In this document: positions 28,661 through 33,918 of the stretch, piece after piece
Layout of the letters: each line of letters opens with the position of its first letter
How positions within the stretch are numbered: the stretch's first letter is position 1
Assembly (NCBI GenBank): GCA_032718475.1
Contig: JAUCBJ010000874.1
Span: 1 to 33,918, forward strand
Direction of reading: 5' to 3'
DNA from: Nemertoderma westbladi
Lineage: Eukaryota; Animalia; Xenacoelomorpha
DNA: 33,918 bases
Made by a program: the position numbers and the translations under genes
Notes under the pieces: model-generated
Seen by the model: the letters and a program-made list of their open reading frames with translations, nothing else
The model's database searches: none
What the model was told of the DNA's origin: nothing

Positions 28661-30633
28661 ACTATAACTATATACTATAGTGTAGCTGTAATAGACCCAA
28701 CTATAACTATAGTGTAGCTGTAATAGCCCCAACTATAACTATAGTGTAGCTGTAATAGCCCCAACTATAACTATACACTATAGTGTAGCTGTAATAGCCC
28801 CAACTATAACTATAGTGTAGCTGTAATAGCCCCCAACTATAACTATACACTATAGTGTAGCTGTAATAGCCCCAACTATAACTATAGTGTAGCTGTAATA
28901 GCCCCAACTATAACTATAGTGTAGAGGTAATAGCCCCAACTATAACTAACACTATAGTGTAGCTGTAATAGCCCCAACTATAACTATAGTGTAGCTGTAA
29001 TAGCCCCAACTATAACTATACACTATAGTGTAGCTGTAATAGCCCCAACTATAACTATAGTGTAGCTGTAATAGCCCCAACTATAACTATAGTGTAGCTG
29101 TAATAGCCCCAACTATAACTATACACTATAGTGTAGCTGTAATAGCCCCAACTATAACTATAGTGTAGCTGTAATAGCCCCAACTATAACTATAGTGTAG
29201 CTGTAATAGCCCCAACTATAACTATAGTGTAGCTGTAATAGCCCCAACTATAACTATAGTGTAGCTGTAATAGCCCCAACTATAACTATAGTGTAGCTGT
29301 AATAGCCCCAACTATAACTATAGTGTAGCTGCAATAGCCCCAACTATAACTATACACGATAGTGTAGCTGTAATAGCCCCAACTATAACTATAGTGTAGC
29401 TGTAATAGCCCCAACTATAACTATAGTGTAGCTGCAATAGCCCCAACTATAACTATACACGATAGTGTAGCTGTAATAGCCCCAACTATAACTATAGTGT
29501 AGCTGCAATAGCCCCAACTATAACTATACACGATAGTGTAGCTGTAATAGCCCCAAATATAACTATACACTATAGTGTAGCTGTAATAGCCCCAACTATA
29601 ACTATAGTGTAGCTGTAATAGCCCCAACTATAACTATAGTGTAGCTGTAATAGCCCCAACTATAACTATAGTGTAGCTGCAATAGCCCCAACTATAACTA
29701 TACACGATAGTGTAGCTGTAATAGCCCCAACTATAACTATACACTATAGTGTAGCTGTAATAGCCCCAACTATAACTATAGTGTAGCTGTAATAGCCCCA
29801 ACTATAACTATAGTGTAGCTGCAATAGCCCCAACTATAACTATACACGATAGTGTAGTGAATGTCTTTGGGTTGGATGGTTATACCCACAGAATGGCAAT
29901 TACAGGAAGGGAAGCAGCTTTATTATTATAATGACATCGGTTGCCATGGCCACGAGGCGACACTGTTGTTAGATAATTTATACCCTATTACATTACTTAG
30001 TTCTTAAAAGATAATCCAATCGGTGGATTATTATTATAAGTAGCCGTAGAATATTCCCATTAAACTTCCTCTCGTCCTCTTGTTTAGCTCGATAACAGTA
30101 GAAAAAGTAAAGCAGGCATTCCCTCCTTTTATATTTGACGGAAGGATAAGGATTTCACAGATAATTTCACAGTTTCTGTTAATCTTATCAGGAACCCCAA
30201 AAGCCCTGTAACCAGAACTGGTCCCACCCCGTCATAGCCGAGGTGGTTGAGGGTGGTTTGATATACAATGTAAGTAATGCAATACTGGTTGGCAAAAGTT
30301 GACCAATAAGTTTCACAAGTTTTCTAATATGAGATTTGCGAGATTCTCGGGAAAGAAATATTAAAATAAATTCCTTATCAAGACATTTAAGAACCAAAAG
30401 CATCAACTACAGTACATACGGTATTTTATATTATTAGGTTGTTCGATATGTTATACAAAGATAATCGTAATACAATGGCGTTGGACTTAAATAGACCAAT
30501 TAGATTGGGAATCTAGGTGTCTCTGTGTGATCGGGTATATTTATATCAGAACATGGCCGAAAGGCCGTTCAGATTACAACTAATGAAAGATAATAGTAGA
30601 GTAAAAGGCGAATAGAAATCAAATGATCAACCG

Positions 30634-30686
30634 TTTATTCTAAACGGGAAAGAGGGAAATCCTTAAGCCATAGAAATTAGTTTATT
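30634..30686 (-). terminator. Candidate polyadenylation signals (AATAAA at 30681-30686 and 30634-30639 on the minus strand)
   Basis: TTTATT on the plus strand about 80 and 130 bp downstream of the PARS2 stop codon. The context is AT-rich, so chance occurrence is possible. Confidence 0.45.
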
Positions 30687-30767
30687 TGTGGAAAATACCG
30701 AAATATACGAAAAGCAGCTGATCCTTTTTGTTCTAAAACGTAGGAAACCCAAAGAGAATATCCGTAA

Positions 30768-32159
30768 TTATATCTGCCCTAATAGATTCCGGGGTCGGAC
30801 ATCATCCCCTGTTCCCGTCGGACTAAACAACCGGCAGATCTCGTCCGGACTGTACATCTCGGACACGTCGGTACGCAGATTATAAACCTCGAGGAGACCC
30901 GAGCCGGTCGCCTTACTGCCCTGGATGACCGCGTACGGGATACCCAGATGTCTGCACTCCTCCAACCGGTGGCCTATAGTCCGTCTGGTAGCGTCGCTAA
31001 CCACCACGTTGTCTGCGGTCACCCCGGAGTTATTCAACGCGGTCGCAACCTCGTCGCACCGCTGGGGGGCGCCACCCGCCTCCCGACTGCCCACCTTGGG
31101 CGGCAGCACCGCCACCAGGAAAGGCGCCACCGCCACCGGCCACTCAACCACGGCGCCGTCCCGCCGATTAACCTCCGCGAGGGCCCCTAGCAACCGGGTC
31201 AACCCGAGTCCGTAGCAACCCATATCTAAGGGGGAATCCGAACCGGAGACCTCCCGGAAGGTGGAGCCGAACAGTTGGGAGTAGCGACGACCCAGCAGGA
31301 ACGCGTGGCCCACCTCGATGGCTCGCCGCAACGCGGGCCCCTCCCACCCGCAACCACGGCAACGAGACTCGTCCCCCCGGACGACCTCCGCGTTGTGGGC
31401 GACCCCGCACGCCGCGCACACCAGCACGGAATCCTCTCCCACGGGACTCAGTATATGGAACTCGGTGCTCGCGTAGCCGCCCATACTGGCTGCGTCCGCC
31501 GTCGCCGCCACTGCCGTCACCCCCAACGAGTCGAACAGACCGCGGTACGCCGATATAACCCGAGCGAAAGTCGACTCGCTCAACTCGCGGGAGGAATCGA
31601 ACGAATATAAATCCTTCATTAGGAACTCCCTGGAACGCAGCAAACCGTTCCGCGGTCGTTTCTCGTCGCGGAACTTCCAGGTTATTTGGTACCATAGCAA
31701 CGGGAACCGCTCGCGACCCAACGGCTGAGAACCGGCGAGCAGCGCGGATATCTCCTCCTCATGGGTGGGACCCAGACAGAAGTCGGTCCCGCAGCGGCCC
31801 CGCACACGGAACAACTCGTCCGCTACCAACCCCAGTCGCTCGCTGCGCTCCCACAGCTTTATGTTAGTTAGATGCGGAAGAGTTAGTTTATGAGCGCCAA
31901 TCGCGCTCATTCGCGATTCTACCAGATTGGTTAGTTTATCTAACGAGCGTTGTAACAGCGGCAGGATACGATAAACGCCGTTAGTAGATGGGGAAATCAA
32001 TCCGTTATGGAGGAATATCTCGTGACTCAGACTCGCTTTATTGGTGTTACCCATTGGTTGCATTCCCGCATCCGATTGGCAGAGCAATTCCCGAAGTCTA
32101 GGGGGTCTCCGTAATGCGGTGGATTTGGATACCGCGCTTATCAACTTATGGAATTCCAT
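30768..32159 (-). CDS. PARS2: Mitochondrial prolyl-tRNA synthetase (class IIa, bacterial-type, no editing INS domain), 463 aa, single uninterrupted ORF
   Basis: Motif 1 region GVYRILPL...LTLP; LGPTHEE; motif 2 YQITWKFRDEKRPRNGLLRSREFLMKDLYSFD; MGGYASTEFH; short CxxC...CxxC insert (CAAC/CRGC); IEVGHAFLLGRRYS; motif 3 MGCYGLGLTRLL; WPVAVAPF; PPKVGSRE and TIGHRL...GIPY in the anticodon-binding domain, resembling metazoan PARS2. Basic, Ser-rich N-terminus. ATG in ACAACAATGG context with an in-frame TGA four codons upstream; TAA stop. Confidence 0.95.
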   Translation of the reverse strand: MEFHKLISAVSKSTALRRPPRLRELLCQSDAGMQPMGNTNKASLSHEIFLHNGLISPSTNGVYRILPLLQRSLDKLTNLVESRMSAIGAHKLTLPHLTNIKLWERSERLGLVADELFRVRGRCGTDFCLGPTHEEEISALLAGSQPLGRERFPLLWYQITWKFRDEKRPRNGLLRSREFLMKDLYSFDSSRELSESTFARVISAYRGLFDSLGVTAVAATADAASMGGYASTEFHILSPVGEDSVLVCAACGVAHNAEVVRGDESRCRGCGWEGPALRRAIEVGHAFLLGRRYSQLFGSTFREVSGSDSPLDMGCYGLGLTRLLGALAEVNRRDGAVVEWPVAVAPFLVAVLPPKVGSREAGGAPQRCDEVATALNNSGVTADNVVVSDATRRTIGHRLEECRHLGIPYAVIQGSKATGSGLLEVYNLRTDVSEMYSPDEICRLFSPTGTGDDVRPRNLLGQI

Positions 32160-32845
32160 TGTTGTCGTTCAATCTGTCAATTTCTTCTATACCGAATACC
32201 GATAGTTATTATGTAAAGCATATTATTAATTGATTCATGAGCTAGAATATTAATTAATATTCCTCAAAAATCCTATATTTACAAACTCTTCATATCCTCA
32301 ATTTTGCAAAATTATTTCAAACAAAATTCGTGTTGGTATTAAAATCAATTTAGTTGTGCCTAAAAAACTTGAATCCCAGCCAATTGAGTAAAATGAAGAA
32401 TATTGTTACTGGTATGGTTAGCGGCACGAGAATCATGTAGTACCATATAGTATCGGCGAAGTCGGTTTCCGGTTTCGGACAAGCTTCGAAAGTGTTAGCA
32501 TCTGTATCCATAGGCCTATGCTATAGGTAGGTCAGATTTGGTACCGGTAGTTCGTTAATGTTGGGAAATTTAATATACTGTACCGGTATATCGGTCCTGT
32601 ACGTTGTTTCAATGAGTTAAATCATTATAATATAATAATGCAGTCGTTACACACATTTAATACAAAGTTTATGATATTTAAAATCAATAACAACAATATT
32701 ATCTCAATATTAAACATAAAGTAATGTCATATAGCAGGCCTATACCCTTAGCAGAGTAAACTGCTTTTCGAGGCCGTTTCCCAGGTTACGGATCGGGATA
32801 ACATTTCACACATCGCACGATTTGTGATTGTGATTTGTGGTATAC

Positions 32846-32917
32846 AGACGTTTCGGCCTAGGACGTTTCGGTCCAGGACATTGCGGCCCGGACGATTCGG
32901 CCCGGACGTTTCGGCCC
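32846..32917. repeat. GC-rich minisatellite, 5 copies of 14-15 bp, consensus GGACGTTTCGGCCC(A)
   Basis: AGACGTTTCGGCCTA, GGACGTTTCGGTCCA, GGACATTGCGGCCC, GGACGATTCGGCCC, GGACGTTTCGGCCC. Confidence 0.9.
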
Positions 32918-33461
32918 ATGACTGTAACTGAATGAAAATGCCAACTTGTTTGATATGATAATAATTATTCATTAAAATTATAATTATTTCACAATAACAT
33001 ACAAACACTTAATAAAATATCGTTCATGAAATGGCTATTTAATTTACCTTTATTTCAAAATAAAATAAACATTAGGGAAGTGGTGCTCTGGTTTCATAAA
33101 CAATTCGCCAACAATTATGTTATGCGGCCGAAAAAATGCAAGTCAGAACAAATCTATTGGTCTCGAGTACCACATTGCTAATATACAGTACTACCAAAGT
33201 GAATCAATTTCACGAACCATGTCGGGCTTAAATCTCGTCTGATCGATATATTTTGGAGATACTTCATTAATTTTAAACATTACTCAATTGATAATTCTTG
33301 TAGCTGGGACAGTGTATTGCAGGGCAGCTATGTCTTAATGATCTGTTGAAACAATAACTCTCATCTTCGATGATAGATGATTTTGATTTATACCCATAGA
33401 TAACGACGTATAATGCTTTTATTAATACATTTATTTCATTCGCATCCACTCTGGTCCTTTT

Positions 33462-33609
33462 AATGCGCATACATTTCATCTAAATTTAAATTTAATACGC
33501 ATATATTTCATCTAAATTTAAATTCAATACGCATATATTTCATCTAAATTTAAATTTAATACGCATATATTTCATCTAAATTTAAATTCAATACGCATAT
33601 ATTTTATCT
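33462..33609. repeat. AT-rich minisatellite, ~4.6 copies of 32 bp AATACGCATATATTTCATCTAAATTTAAATTY
   Basis: Units start at 33462, 33494, 33526, 33558 and 33590. The last base alternates T,C,T,C. Confidence 0.93.
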
Positions 33610-33881
33610 CATTCCATATGACATCCAGTCTGTCTCATAATTATTAGCAATGCTCCTTTAATGGAATATTTATAATATATTATATTTTTAAGACCAACAT
33701 TAAAATACAGAAATAATTTTAATTCGGTGTATTTTAATGTACTTTATTTATTGACTCACATTTTAAAATACGTATGTTTTTTTTATGGGGGAAACCCCAT
33801 CATCATAATACTAAGGTTAATTTGTCAGCATATGTTATCTTTGTTTTAAGTTACAGTATGGTGTAAATTTATATTAATAAT

Positions 33882-33896
33882 TAATAATAATAATAA
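33882..33896. repeat. Short (TAA)5 microsatellite in a low-complexity AT tail
   Basis: TAATAATAATAATAA read directly. Confidence 0.6.
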
Positions 33897-33918
33897 TATT
33901 ACATTAGTTATTATTTAT

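Larger units (their letters stand above)
1..29857. repeat. Long tandem satellite array of mixed 32-, 39- and 33-bp monomers (rare 31/38/41-bp forms); open at the left window edge
   Basis: Continuous repeats of CTATAGTGTAGCTGTAATAGCCCCAACTATAA (32 bp, 12/32 G+C), its 39-bp form (...AACTATAACTATACACTATAG...) and its 33-bp form (...CCCCAACTATACACTATAG...). One orientation throughout and no unique inserts seen. The last partial unit ends ...ACACGATAGTGTAG at 29857. Confidence 0.99.

Noticed and set aside
186-29627. Dozens of minus-strand ORFs encoding (YSYSWGYYSYTIV)n-like aromatic-rich peptides
   Set aside because: By-product of runs of 39- and 33-bp units (multiples of 3). They start at non-ATG codons such as TTG and are broken by every 32-mer, and there is no signal peptide or sign of frame preservation.
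1-29857. CRISPR array (repeat of ~32-39 bp with a palindrome)
   Set aside because: No unique spacers, units directly adjacent, no cas genes, eukaryotic context.
1-29857. Telomerase-synthesised repeat or strong G-quadruplex array
   Set aside because: Rare variants are co-inherited in kb-long blocks, which de novo templated addition would not produce. The GGGG runs are 28-35 nt apart, too far for a canonical G4.
30188-30406. 72-aa minus-strand ORF
   Set aside because: Non-ATG first codon and no recognisable domain. It could be a repeat remnant but this cannot be supported.
30688-31695. ORFs overlapping PARS2 (30688-30885+, 30925-31215+, 30948-31190+, 31168-31695-, 31275-31610+)
   Set aside because: Shadow frames expected in GC-rich coding DNA; no motifs.
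30768-32159. Bacterial proS acquired by horizontal transfer, or contamination
   Set aside because: N-terminal extension, no INS editing domain, CxxC pair and PPKxGSxE segment typical of animal mitochondrial PARS2, Kozak-like start, and no operon context.
32461-32480. ETS/GABP-like CCGGAA motif upstream of PARS2
   Set aside because: Single imperfect hexamer (CCGGAAAC on the minus strand), and the TSS is unknown.
32748-33008. 86-aa minus-strand ORF
   Set aside because: Reads through the 14-15-bp minisatellite and AT-rich low-complexity DNA, with a GTG start.
33273-33479. 68-aa minus-strand ORF with Cys/His residues, faintly zinc-finger or transposase-like
   Set aside because: Starts inside the 32-bp minisatellite, spacing matches no motif I can identify, and it is too short to call without an HMM search.

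Overview
Eukaryotic, most likely metazoan, genomic window. Positions 1-29857 (about 88%) are one uninterrupted head-to-tail satellite array of roughly 850 short monomers (length divided by about 35 bp). The core 32-mer is CCCC-AACTAT-AACTAT-AGTGTAGCTGTAATAG. A 39-mer adds ACACTAT, and a 33-mer carries ACACTAT in place of one AACTAT. Shared rare variants reveal nested higher-order duplications at offsets of 64, 213, 633, 909, 1550, 2835, 5638, 5781, 6809 and 16020 bp. The array ends abruptly at 29857. About 0.9 kb further on lies a GC/CpG-rich, uninterrupted minus-strand ORF for a mitochondrial prolyl-tRNA synthetase (PARS2-like, 463 aa), transcribed towards the array. The AT-rich right end holds a GC-rich 14-15-bp minisatellite and an unrelated 32-bp palindrome-containing minisatellite. 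All Tyr/Ser/Trp-rich ORFs in the array are judged spurious. No CRISPR array, RNA gene or transposase is visible. I cannot demonstrate a new biological system. The best leads are the palindrome-forming monomer insert, a possible telomeric or subtelomeric role for the array, and a second, independent 32-bp palindromic repeat nearby.
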